Positions 1 through 9,066 of a stretch of 64,000 nucleotides of DNA are shown piece after piece. How positions within the stretch are numbered: the stretch's first letter is position 1; each line of letters starts with the position of its first letter. The position numbers and the translations under genes are program-made. Under the pieces are notes generated by a model. It ran no database searches and was not told the DNA's origin. It worked only from the letters and a program-made list of their open reading frames with translations. Source of the DNA: Sedimentisphaerales bacterium (GTDB lineage Bacteria; Planctomycetota; Phycisphaerae; Sedimentisphaerales; SM23-30); contig CAXXMR010000009.1 in the NCBI GenBank assembly GCA_963663805.2, positions 128,001 to 192,000 of the forward strand, in the 5' to 3' direction.

Positions 1-2
1 AG

Positions 3-407
3 GTTCGGGAGATTGGGGATTATCTCAATCATACGCATCATGAGGGTAAGAGCTGGGCTCAGCTTTTGCGTCAGCAGGACCATGATTATAAATGGCTGCT
101 GGAAAATGACGCGGAGTTGGCGGCTTTGGGATATAAACGTGAGGCGTTATTTCAGGCGACCAATGATTTGCGTTATGAAGGGTATATTCGCAAGCAGCGG
201 CAGCTGGTGGACCGATTCCGTAAGGCGGAGCGGGTGACCCTGCCGCGTGATTTTGATTATCACAAAATCAAACAGTTGCGTTATGAGGCTCAAGAAAAAC
301 TGAACGCCGTCCAGCCGCTGACATTGGGCCAGGCTTCCCGGGTCAGCGGGATTAATCCGGCGGACGTTACTGTGCTGATGATTTACCTGGCCCGGAAACA
401 GTCGTAA
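3..407 (+). CDS. mnmG: tRNA uridine-5-carboxymethylaminomethyl(34) synthesis enzyme MnmG (GidA), C-terminal part, 5'-truncated by the window edge
   Basis: Frame is open from base 3. C-terminal signature YEGYI..Q ... LRYEAQEKL..VQP.TLGQASRVSGINPAD. Confidence 0.93.
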   Translation, partial: VREIGDYLNHTHHEGKSWAQLLRQQDHDYKWLLENDAELAALGYKREALFQATNDLRYEGYIRKQRQLVDRFRKAERVTLPRDFDYHKIKQLRYEAQEKLNAVQPLTLGQASRVSGINPADVTVLMIYLARKQS

Positions 408-491
408 GGTTGCCGACCGCTGAGCAGTTGTTCGGTGTTTCTGAAAAGCATCTTCTGTCGCCCATTAAATAACGCTCTGTAAGACAATAAC

Positions 492-3083
492 TTACAGGAG
501 GTAGCACAACGCGTCCTGTTTGAGCGTGTTGGAATAGAGTATGGGCGGGGTGGATTCGGGGTCGATTACTTTTAGAACATGGCTCCATTTTTCGGCGTCG
601 GGCAGGTATTTTTCAAGCTGGTTGGGGGCGTCGTTGAAGAAGGTGTGGTTGATGTAATTTTCCTTTTGGGTGGGGAACAGGGCCATATAGAGGATGTCCA
701 TTTCGACCAGGTCGCTGAAAAGGTGCGTGCCGAGTGAGACGTCGGGGATAAGGTTTTCGTGCATTTCGACCATTTCGCAGATGACCGAGGCGGTGTCGAT
801 TTCGGAGAAGCTGACAGGGACACCCAGTTCGGGCGATGAGGTACCCCAACGTCCGGGGCCGATTAGCATGATTTTCTTTTCGAGGGCAAATTTGGGTTGG
901 TGGAGCAGTTGGCCGAGCAGGCGGGCGATGGAGTAGCGGTCACGCATGTTCAGCTTGCTGTAAGCGGCGGGGATGATATATACGAAATGGTGGATTTCCA
1001 TGGCTCGGCTGGGACCGATGACGGCCCCGTGAGTTTTGAGGATGGTTTGTTCGGGGGAGAGGTTTTCGGGCGGACTGGGCAGCAGGGCTTCTTCCATTTT
1101 TATCTGGAGAGGGCGGCATTGGAGCAGATTGATTTTGTAGCTGTCCCGGCCAAAAATGTTGCAGGTGAATTCAATGTCTACCGGGTAATCGTAGGCTTTA
1201 TGGAGCGTCTGAAGCAGTTTACGCATAGTTGGTACAAAATCGGTGTTGGTCAGGAGGTTGTCGAAAGTCAGCATCCAGGCGAGGTTGGAATTTTTGGCCG
1301 CCGCTGAGGTTATCGTGCGGTCGCGGGTGGCGAGCATGTCCAGGGGAAGATTTTTCACTTCGTCCAGCAGTTCGTAGAAGTCAAAGGTGGATAGCTGATT
1401 GGCTTCGAAATCGAGGACATCAACCTTTTTCTGGGAATACTGGCGCACTTCGCCGATACTGACTTCGGGGCGTTTTTCGGGAGCGCTTAGTGAAATTACG
1501 CGGGTATAATCATCGTCGCGTCGGTCGACGGCACGCGTACCCAGGCCGAAGACCAGCCGCAATACGCCCGCTGCCGGGTCGATATGTTCGTTCCAGACAT
1601 AAGGATTAAGCGAGAATCCGACACCGGCGGCGTGGGGCATGAGCATGGTTTTATAATATGAGCCGGAGACCCGCTGGATGAGCAGGGCCATCTGTTCGTC
1701 CTGGTCGAGCAGACCACGCTGGGCCCGGTATTTGAGCGCTTTTTCACTCATGGCACTGGCGTAGATGGTCTTGATAGCGGTCTTGAGGTCTTCATAGCGT
1801 TTAACACGCGGCCCCTGGTTGACGCAGAAGATACTTTCGTATTTCCCGGCGAAGGCGTTGCCATAGTTGTCCTCCAGCAGTGAGCTGGAACGGACAATGA
1901 AAGGTGATTGACCGAAATAGTCGAGCAGGTCACTGAGCTGGTTTTCGATGTACTGCGGGAAGGTACCCAGCAGGACACGATGGCGGGCCCGGACAGAGCC
2001 TTCGAGAAATTCTTCTTTGTCTTTCTGGCGTTGACGTTCCCACCAGATGCCGTTTTCGACCAGGAAGGTATAGAAAACATCCGAACCGATATAGAACGAG
2101 TCGTGGGGTTCAAGGGTGTTTTTCCACTGGGGGTCGGTTTTTTCGAGGATGGCCCGGGCCAGTAACATCCCGACGGCTTTGCCGCCGATAAGGCCGGTGC
2201 CCACGATTCTTTTGCCGATGTTTAGGATGTCGGAGAGGCGGAGATATTTTTTGAGCAGGGCAGCCATGCGGCTGTCGCGACTGAGCGCCATTTTAATGAG
2301 TACTTCGAGCAGTTCTTTTTCCGTTTCGGAATTGACGCCGAGGTGGCCTTTGAGAATTTCCTCGGCGGTGATAAGGTTCTGGTTCCAGACGCCCAGTTCG
2401 TAGTTGGGCGCGGAAATCTGGGAGCGGGGCACACTATTAAGCACCTGAGAAATGGTCGCGCTGTTTTCGACAATGGGAAATTCCTGATCTTTCCAGACAT
2501 GGAGCATGTACATGGTAGGGGAGTAGCGGTGCTGGACCTTGAGCGGCTGGACGTAGTTCTGGTTATCGTAACTGTAGGCTTCAATGAATATTTGCGTGGT
2601 GTTGAAGATGGGCATGGTGGCGTGGAAGGAATGCCGGTTGCGATATAGACCGAAATAGGCAATTGACTCTACGTCGAAAAGATAGGGACAGGTCAGCATG
2701 AAGAAGTTGCCCAGCATCTGGTCGCTGTACCAGTGGTCAACCAGTTCCGAGAGGCAGTCGAATACATAATAGCCGCCCCGACCGTTACGGGCGATTATCT
2801 GGTGTACGTCTTCGATGAAGACTTCAAATCCCTTGGAAGGGTCGAGCTGGAAGACGTGGGCGGGATATTCATCAGGGATTAGAGGTTCATGGTCGGCAAA
2901 GCGAATGTAGTAGAGTTCATGGCCGGCGGTGTGGGCGTGTTCACAGAATGATGAGGCGAAGTGTCTGTATTCTTCAATAGATTCTATCTGGAAGACGATG
3001 TTGTCGCCGGCGAGAATACCGCGCAGGATGTAATCAAGGCCGTTGATGCCGGTGCTGTATTTGCTGTCGAAATGCTGGGCCAT
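492..3083 (-). CDS. PEP/pyruvate-binding (PPDK_N, ATP-grasp) domain protein, 863 aa
   Basis: Motifs IGGKAVG, VRSSSLLED..GNAFAGKY, DIEF and LLQCRP. Degenerate KaiC-like N-terminus (STGINGLDYIL). Confidence 0.85.
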   Translation of the reverse strand: MAQHFDSKYSTGINGLDYILRGILAGDNIVFQIESIEEYRHFASSFCEHAHTAGHELYYIRFADHEPLIPDEYPAHVFQLDPSKGFEVFIEDVHQIIARNGRGGYYVFDCLSELVDHWYSDQMLGNFFMLTCPYLFDVESIAYFGLYRNRHSFHATMPIFNTTQIFIEAYSYDNQNYVQPLKVQHRYSPTMYMLHVWKDQEFPIVENSATISQVLNSVPRSQISAPNYELGVWNQNLITAEEILKGHLGVNSETEKELLEVLIKMALSRDSRMAALLKKYLRLSDILNIGKRIVGTGLIGGKAVGMLLARAILEKTDPQWKNTLEPHDSFYIGSDVFYTFLVENGIWWERQRQKDKEEFLEGSVRARHRVLLGTFPQYIENQLSDLLDYFGQSPFIVRSSSLLEDNYGNAFAGKYESIFCVNQGPRVKRYEDLKTAIKTIYASAMSEKALKYRAQRGLLDQDEQMALLIQRVSGSYYKTMLMPHAAGVGFSLNPYVWNEHIDPAAGVLRLVFGLGTRAVDRRDDDYTRVISLSAPEKRPEVSIGEVRQYSQKKVDVLDFEANQLSTFDFYELLDEVKNLPLDMLATRDRTITSAAAKNSNLAWMLTFDNLLTNTDFVPTMRKLLQTLHKAYDYPVDIEFTCNIFGRDSYKINLLQCRPLQIKMEEALLPSPPENLSPEQTILKTHGAVIGPSRAMEIHHFVYIIPAAYSKLNMRDRYSIARLLGQLLHQPKFALEKKIMLIGPGRWGTSSPELGVPVSFSEIDTASVICEMVEMHENLIPDVSLGTHLFSDLVEMDILYMALFPTQKENYINHTFFNDAPNQLEKYLPDAEKWSHVLKVIDPESTPPILYSNTLKQDALCYLL

Positions 3084-3148
3084 TTTTCGCCTTTCTGGTC
3101 AGGTGCGATTATCTTCTGAAAATTAGTAATATGGATAATCAGTCGAAA

Positions 3149-3237
3149 CGGAGAGGGCGGGATTCGAACCCGCGGTAGGGAGTAAACCGCACACTGGTTT
3201 TCGAAACCAGCTCCTTCAGCCGCTCGGACACCTCTCC
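3149..3237 (-). tRNA. tRNA-Ser, anticodon CGA, long variable arm, CCA not encoded
   Basis: Minus strand reads GGAGAGGTGTCCGAGCGGCTGAAGGAG CTGGT-TTCGAAA-ACCAG ... GCGGGTTCGAATCCCGC CCTCTCCG. Acceptor, anticodon and T stems all pair. Confidence 0.97.
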
Positions 3238-3374
3238 TGATGCGGGAATAAAGTAAATATCGGATATGTGGCTGGATAGCAAGAAAAAATGATTGATTAG
3301 ACGTAAACGACCACGCAAAAATACAAATTTTGGGGATAAAAACACGATTATTTTGAAATTTTTCAAAAAAAACG

Positions 3375-4822
3375 CAATCCTGTTCGGCACATTTATTGCT
3401 TTAGGCTTTTGGCCTCCTGTATTTTTTTAAAAAAAACCCGAAATGTTAAGATAGGCAATTTGCGCTCGAGGGATATTTATGCTCTAATAGGAGGCATGAG
3501 TGCTAAGCGTCAGAAAATCAAGGAGCGGGACCTGCGTGGGTTCAAGTATTTCAAGTCCCTCTCGGCTCTGCTGAAAGGTCTTCACTCGGCGGGATGTGAG
3601 CGGGACCGGGCCGGCAATCGCACATTATTCATGGACCAGTATGTCAGTCTGCTGCTGTTATACATGTTCAATCCGATCTGCAGTTCCATCCGGTCTTTGC
3701 AGCAGGCCGGCGAGCTCAAAAAGGTACAGCGGCTGTTGGGTTGTTCGCGTGCTTCGCTGGGTTCGCTTTCGGAAGCATCCCGGGTTTTTGAGAGTTCTTT
3801 GTTAGAGCCGATAATCGCTCAACTCACTGAGCAGTTAGGGCCGATATCTCAGGACAAAAAACTGGAAGTCGGTCAGGTCATTACCCTGGTGGACGGCAGC
3901 AGTATTCAGGCTTTGCAAAAACTCACTCAGGCTGCCTGGGACACCGACAAACCCGGAATTAAAGCACACACTCAGTTTGATCTGGAAAAATATGTGCCTC
4001 TGAAAATAAATATCAGTGAAGACAAGTCTGATGAGCGAAAGGTTTTTTTAGAGAATCTTCAGCCCGGCCGGATTTATGTCAATGATCGTGGATATGCCTG
4101 TTTTAAGCTGTTTCAGGCCATTGTGGATAGTAAAAGCTCTTTTGTCTGTCGGCTGCGTGAGGATACGGTTTACGAAACTATTCAGGAAAAACCTTTAACT
4201 GAAGATGCTCGAAAAGCGGGGATAATTTTTGATCGTACGGTAATCGCCGGCAGCAGTGAAAAACTGCGGGAAGATTTCAAACAACCGTTACGCCTGATAG
4301 CGGTTGAATGTCAACCGCATTTGAAACGGGGCCAGGGACCACGTCAGAGTGAGATGATTTTGATTGCCACCGACCGGCTGGACCTGGACGCCGAAGTCAT
4401 TGCCCTGCTCTATCAGAAACGCTGGGCCATCGAAATATTTTTCCGCTTTTTTAAGCATGTGCTGGGCTGCCGACATCTGCTAAGCCTCTGCGAAAACGGT
4501 ATCGAACTACAGATGTACGCCGCGATTATCGCCTGTATGCTGATCAGCCTGTGGACGGGCAAAAAACCAACTTTAAGAACCTACGAAATGCTCTGCTGGC
4601 ACCTCTGCGGCATGGCCGACGAGCAAGAAATGCAGAACCATATCAATAAACTCCAAAGCCAAAACTAAGGCCGATCCTCAAAAAAATCGCCGCCGCCGTT
4701 GATGCTGCGCCCAAATAACCAGTGCCGACAGTCCCACTGAGGGATAATCCCCGCTAAATCATATGAACTGCAAAGACCACAGAAAAACTGTATTTGAGCA
4801 ATAAATGTGCCGAACAGGATTG
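3375..4822 (+). mobile_element. Complete IS4-family insertion sequence (1448 bp)
   Basis: Perfect 26-bp terminal IRs CAATCCTGTTCGGCACATTTATTGCT (3375-3400 and 4797-4822). 9-bp direct repeat AAAAAAACG at 3366-3374 and 4823-4831. Confidence 0.95.
3496..4668 (+). CDS. IS4-family DDE transposase
   Basis: VDGS, NDRGY and Y..RW.IE.FF..FK (YREK) motifs. SD AGGAGG precedes ATG 3496. Confidence 0.95.
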   Translation: MSAKRQKIKERDLRGFKYFKSLSALLKGLHSAGCERDRAGNRTLFMDQYVSLLLLYMFNPICSSIRSLQQAGELKKVQRLLGCSRASLGSLSEASRVFESSLLEPIIAQLTEQLGPISQDKKLEVGQVITLVDGSSIQALQKLTQAAWDTDKPGIKAHTQFDLEKYVPLKINISEDKSDERKVFLENLQPGRIYVNDRGYACFKLFQAIVDSKSSFVCRLREDTVYETIQEKPLTEDARKAGIIFDRTVIAGSSEKLREDFKQPLRLIAVECQPHLKRGQGPRQSEMILIATDRLDLDAEVIALLYQKRWAIEIFFRFFKHVLGCRHLLSLCENGIELQMYAAIIACMLISLWTGKKPTLRTYEMLCWHLCGMADEQEMQNHINKLQSQN

Positions 4823-4890
4823 AAAAAAACGCGGATTTTTTTACCAAAAACTGCATCTTGCGGCAAATTTGCGCTGAAAATAAGTTGGAA

Positions 4891-4919
4891 TTGACCTGCG
4901 GTTGTCGGGGCGATAGAAT
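4891..4919 (+). promoter_or_regulatory. Sigma70-type promoter candidate for the deacetylase gene
   Basis: TTGACC-N17-TAGAAT. Confidence 0.6.
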
Positions 4920-4961
4920 CTCTGGTTTGGCAACCTCAGTTCGTATCAAAGGCCGTAAGTA

Positions 4962-5903
4962 GTGGTAACAGCTTTAGGTTATGACGATGTATTCTTGCAG
5001 CACCGGACAGGCAAGCACCCGGAGCGACCCGCACGATTAACCAGTATCATGGAGACCCTGCGGGCCGATGAAATATGGCCAGAACTAGTCCCAGTGAATG
5101 GCCGGGTTCAGCCGGAAGAATGGATAAGAGCTGTACACAGCGAGGATTACATCGGTCGATTGGACGAGTCGTGTCTGGGGGAATTGCCCTTTATTGATAC
5201 TCAGGATTCAGCGATATGCCCGGATTCCAGCAAGGTTGCTCGTGACGCTATCGCTATGTCTCTGTCAGCTTGTGATTTAGTCGCCGCCGGCGAAGTAGAT
5301 AATGCTTTTCTGGCGTTGCGACCGCCGGGCCATCATGCCGAAGCTGATGAATCCATGGGTTTCTGTCTGTTTAATAACGCGGCGGTAGCTGCTCGTTATC
5401 TCCAGAAAAGACATGGAGTTAGGCGAGTTATGATATTTGATTTTGACGTTCATCACGGCAACGGAACGCAGCATATATTTGAGCGGGACCATACGGTTTA
5501 CTATTGCAGTACGCATCAGCATCCGGCGACTTGTTTTCCAGGGACTGGTTGGCCCACAGAGATGGGTGAAGGGGCGGGTCGAAACTGTACTTTGAATCTG
5601 GTGATGGAACCCGGAGCGGGCGATGATGAGTGTCTGGACCTGTTTTTTACGAATTTTTTGCCGGCGGCGCGGGATTTTCGGCCTGAATTCGTGTTATTAT
5701 CGGCTGGTTTTGACGCTCATCGAAAAGATCCGCTGGCTCAACTGAACTGGTCCGAGCGGGCGTACGAAGTAATAACAGAAGAAGTTAAAAAGCTGGCGGC
5801 GGAACATTGCCGAGGCAAGATAATCTCCTTTTTGGAAGGAGGTTATCAGCTTGGTTCGCTGAGCAGCTGCGTATTAACGCACGTGAAGGGTTTGGCCCGA
5901 TAG
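4962..5903 (+). CDS. Histone deacetylase family (AcuC/APAH-like) Zn hydrolase
   Basis: HPERPARL, RPPGHHA, GFCLFNN, DFDVHHGNGTQ, SAGFDAH..DPLA and LEGGY. Confidence 0.95.
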   Translation: MVTALGYDDVFLQHRTGKHPERPARLTSIMETLRADEIWPELVPVNGRVQPEEWIRAVHSEDYIGRLDESCLGELPFIDTQDSAICPDSSKVARDAIAMSLSACDLVAAGEVDNAFLALRPPGHHAEADESMGFCLFNNAAVAARYLQKRHGVRRVMIFDFDVHHGNGTQHIFERDHTVYYCSTHQHPATCFPGTGWPTEMGEGAGRNCTLNLVMEPGAGDDECLDLFFTNFLPAARDFRPEFVLLSAGFDAHRKDPLAQLNWSERAYEVITEEVKKLAAEHCRGKIISFLEGGYQLGSLSSCVLTHVKGLAR

Positions 5904-5909
5904 TATGAA

Positions 5910-5943
5910 TTTACATGCGGCCAGCAAGCCCGTATGATATAAT
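5910..5943 (+). promoter_or_regulatory. Sigma70-type promoter candidate
   Basis: TTTACA-N17-TATGAT with an overlapping extended -10 TGATATAAT. Confidence 0.5.
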
Positions 5944-5979
5944 GTGATATTGTAAACAAAATAATTTTAGGAGACAGAT

Positions 5980-7098
5980 ATGAAAAAAATCAGGTCATTA
6001 TCCATCGCATTGGTGTTGATTGGTTCGCTGATACTGGCAGGCTGTAATGGGCCAAAGTCTGAGCCGACGGGTTCGGAAAAATTACAAAAGCCGGCGGCGC
6101 AGAAGGTTGCAAAGGCACCGGTCAAAAAAGCCGAGCCGAAAAGTCCTGCTCCGAAGTTAGATGAACGGCGTGAAGATGCCGGTCGTTTGGAAGTTGATAC
6201 TCTGGTCTATGACTTTGGCGAGGTTGAGCCGGGTTCTTCGGTTGAAGGCAAGTTTGTGTTGACGAATACGGGTAAGGAAGTTATCGAGCTGAACCCTCCA
6301 GGCAAGAGTTGCGGTTGTACTTTGACTAAGCTGAAAACGAATGTCCTCCAGCCGGGCGAAAGTACGGATTTGGGCATTACGTTTAAGGCCGGGGACCATC
6401 CGGGCAAAACCAGCAAGAAGCTGTGGGTGACTACGAAAGCCCCTTCGCTGCCGGAACGTATTACGATGAGTCTGACGGCTGACATTAAGCAGCACATCAA
6501 GAATTATCCGGAAAATTATAAGTTCGAGCTGCGCGATAATGCTCAGGCTGAACCCTTGGTGCTGGAATCGACCGACGGCCAGGAATTTAAGGTGACCGGT
6601 GCGACGGTTATGAATGACGCGGTGGAGTTGCTGGTTGACCGTGAGGCATCCAGTACGCGGCATGAGATACCGCTGAAGTTGAATGTCGATGTGCTGCGTG
6701 AAAAGCCGGCGGGTGTTATAACGGTCAATGTTGACCATCCGAAGGTTAAGACCTGTCGGGTAAGCTATTCTTCCTTGCTGCCGTTTACAGCGAGCCCGCA
6801 GACGAAATCTTTTCTGCGGATGGTGCCGGGTCAGGAACAGGGCGGGGCGGTAAAGATTGTCTCGAACTTTGGTGAGGATTTTGAACTGGGTACGGTTGCC
6901 AGCGAAAAAGGGCTGGTGAAAGTTGTGAGTACCGCCAAGGTTGAAGACGGCTATCAGATTAACATTACTATGCAGGCGCCGAGCGAAGAAGATGGCCGGA
7001 AGATTATTTCTGATTATCTAATCGTTGAGATTAAGGACCGGCCTGCCGATACGATTAAGGTTCGCTGCTATGGGCGGACGATGCTGCCGCGGAAGTAA
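5980..7098 (+). CDS. DUF1573 (Ig-like) domain lipoprotein
   Basis: Lipobox ILAGC. YDFGEV...F.LTNTG...SCGCT...LQPGES signature. Confidence 0.85.
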   Translation: MKKIRSLSIALVLIGSLILAGCNGPKSEPTGSEKLQKPAAQKVAKAPVKKAEPKSPAPKLDERREDAGRLEVDTLVYDFGEVEPGSSVEGKFVLTNTGKEVIELNPPGKSCGCTLTKLKTNVLQPGESTDLGITFKAGDHPGKTSKKLWVTTKAPSLPERITMSLTADIKQHIKNYPENYKFELRDNAQAEPLVLESTDGQEFKVTGATVMNDAVELLVDREASSTRHEIPLKLNVDVLREKPAGVITVNVDHPKVKTCRVSYSSLLPFTASPQTKSFLRMVPGQEQGGAVKIVSNFGEDFELGTVASEKGLVKVVSTAKVEDGYQINITMQAPSEEDGRKIISDYLIVEIKDRPADTIKVRCYGRTMLPRK

Positions 7099-7131
7099 GA
7101 AAAAGTACCGGACACTTCAGGGAGAGTGGAT

Positions 7132-8550
7132 ATGTTGCGATATGCCTGGGTAGGTGTGTTGGTAATGCTTCTGGGGTGGGCAGGTGTGGTTTTGACGGCG
7201 GCGGAGAAGCTGAGCAAGGCTCCGGCGCCGACACCTAAGATTGATGCCCCTGAAGGGTTTGTGCTGCTGCTGACAGGCAACTGGGCCGGTCAGCTTGAGC
7301 CTTGCGGTTGTACCGAGAAGCAGTTGGGCGGGATTGACCGGCGGACGCACATACTGGATAAATTTCCGGTAGAGCGTACGCTTCTGGTTGATAACGGGCC
7401 GCTGGTGGAGGAGGTTGACCGGCAGGGGCAGTTGAAGTTTGGGGTGTTTCTGCGAAGTCTGAAGAAGTTGAAATATGAGGGGATTAGTCTTAGTCCGGGT
7501 GAGATTGCCCGGCTTGGTAATATTGATGTAAGTGCAGCAGAGCGGCCAACATTGATTTGCACGAATATGCCAGCGGAAAAACGTGAGGCTTATTCGGCGG
7601 TGGGTATGCTGGAAAAAACCCTGAAGGTTGGCAAGAAGGAATTGCCGGTGGTGGTACTGGGGGTTTCGGTGGCGCATGGTGCGGACGCGAAATCGGCTGA
7701 GAATCTGGGTTTGACGGATGCCGCTGAGGCGGTCGAGGAAGTGGTAGCGGGGATTTCCGATGATAAAATTGTGGTGGTTCTGGTTTCTTGTGTGAGTGAG
7801 GACACGGCCCAGAAGGTCGCTGAGCAGCTGCATGAGGTGACGGCGGTTGATTTGGTGATACTGCCGGGTTTGGCGGATGAGCCGGAAGTTTGCAATGGTA
7901 AGGACGCTCGGCCTATACGGGTATCTACGGGCAAGCTGGGCAAATATGTTGTGCGGATGGAGCTGCCGCCGGAGACGGCGGGTGAGGTCGAAAAATATGA
8001 TTTTTCGATGATAGAAATTGACAGCCAATTTAAGCGGGATGAGTCGATTGTCGCGATTATTGATGAGTATCAGTTTCAGATGCAGATGGAAGACCTTGTT
8101 GGTGACGAAACGGCAATAGCGCGGGAGAGTCTGGGCGGGGGGCTTTCGTTTATGGGGACACCATCCTGTGGTGAAGGTGATGATTGTCACGCTGATATTG
8201 TGGCGAAGTGGCAGGAGTTTGGCCATGCCCAGGCGATGGTGACACTGATGGACCCCGATGTAAACCGGCAGTTTGACCCTTATTGTGTGGGTTGTCATAC
8301 GGTGGGGATGTATTATGAAGGTGGTTTTCGTTCGATGGAAGGGACACCGGATTTCGCGGGCGTAGGCTGCGAGATGTGTCATGGGCCGGGCTCGGCACAT
8401 GCCGAAGACCCTTATTTGAGCTATCAGGAAATATTCACGCAATGTGAACAGTGCCATGACCATGAGCACAGCCCACCTTTTGACAAGGAACGTGAGGAAT
8501 ATTTCGAGAAGATTAAGCACTGGGATGGCGAACGTAAATATTGGGATTGA
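7132..8550 (+). CDS. Exported UshA/5'-nucleotidase-like domain fused to a c554-like multiheme cytochrome c domain
   Basis: Signal peptide. GQLEPCGC..KQLGGIDRR and VDNG motifs. Heme motifs CVGCH, CEMCH(GPG) and CEQCH, plus atypical CGEGDDCH. Confidence 0.8.
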   Translation: MLRYAWVGVLVMLLGWAGVVLTAAEKLSKAPAPTPKIDAPEGFVLLLTGNWAGQLEPCGCTEKQLGGIDRRTHILDKFPVERTLLVDNGPLVEEVDRQGQLKFGVFLRSLKKLKYEGISLSPGEIARLGNIDVSAAERPTLICTNMPAEKREAYSAVGMLEKTLKVGKKELPVVVLGVSVAHGADAKSAENLGLTDAAEAVEEVVAGISDDKIVVVLVSCVSEDTAQKVAEQLHEVTAVDLVILPGLADEPEVCNGKDARPIRVSTGKLGKYVVRMELPPETAGEVEKYDFSMIEIDSQFKRDESIVAIIDEYQFQMQMEDLVGDETAIARESLGGGLSFMGTPSCGEGDDCHADIVAKWQEFGHAQAMVTLMDPDVNRQFDPYCVGCHTVGMYYEGGFRSMEGTPDFAGVGCEMCHGPGSAHAEDPYLSYQEIFTQCEQCHDHEHSPPFDKEREEYFEKIKHWDGERKYWD

Positions 8551-8640
8551 TTACATCAGAAGTCCGTGTCGCCTTCGGTTAAGGTTTTAATAATCAGCGT
8601 GGGTATGGTCCATCCCGTCGGCGGGGACGTGTAATTTGAT

Positions 8641-9057
8641 TTGAGTTTTGTTGAGAATGCCGGGAAGGTGATTATGGCTCATTGTGATGAGGCTTTGGAG
8701 CGGATATGGCAGGAGATTAAGAAATATCGCAAGGCCCATAACAATCGCAATCCGGGGGCGTTGATGGATTTGATTGAGTGTTCAGAACTGAACGGCTGGG
8801 ATTTTGTTTGTCCGGTGGGGACAACGCCGATAGGTGATTGTTCTTATGTTTATCGCGGGGTGGATTTGTATAAGGGTGTGCCGGAGGAGATGATTGTGGC
8901 TTATGACCGGGAAGCGAATCATAAGGGTCGTCGTAATGTGCTTTATGCCAAAGGGACGGTGGTGCGGCCTAAAGAGGAGGTTTTTGAACAGCAGATATCG
9001 AAGGATAACGAACATCGCAAAGAGCTGGGGCTGGCGGAGAAAGCATTGGGTAAATAA
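8641..9057 (+). CDS. Hypothetical protein with a degenerate H-X9-DG-like C-terminal motif (start uncertain)
   Basis: In operon position with coding-like codon usage. AYD...NHKGRRNVLYAKG. Confidence 0.55.
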   Translation: MSFVENAGKVIMAHCDEALERIWQEIKKYRKAHNNRNPGALMDLIECSELNGWDFVCPVGTTPIGDCSYVYRGVDLYKGVPEEMIVAYDREANHKGRRNVLYAKGTVVRPKEEVFEQQISKDNEHRKELGLAEKALGK

Positions 9058-9066
9058 AGGGTGGTT

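Noticed and set aside
3139..3390. 83-aa ORF on the minus strand
   Set aside because: It overlaps tRNA-Ser and the IS4 end, so it is spurious.
7290..7320. Selenoprotein call for the UshA-like PCGC motif
   Set aside because: Both positions are Cys codons (TGC, TGT) and there is no in-frame TGA.
7117..8520. Long antisense ORFs (467 aa here; also 38163-39068, 42353-43192, 45907-46785, 57847-58836)
   Set aside because: They are shadows of well-supported genes on the opposite strand, with no recognisable motifs.
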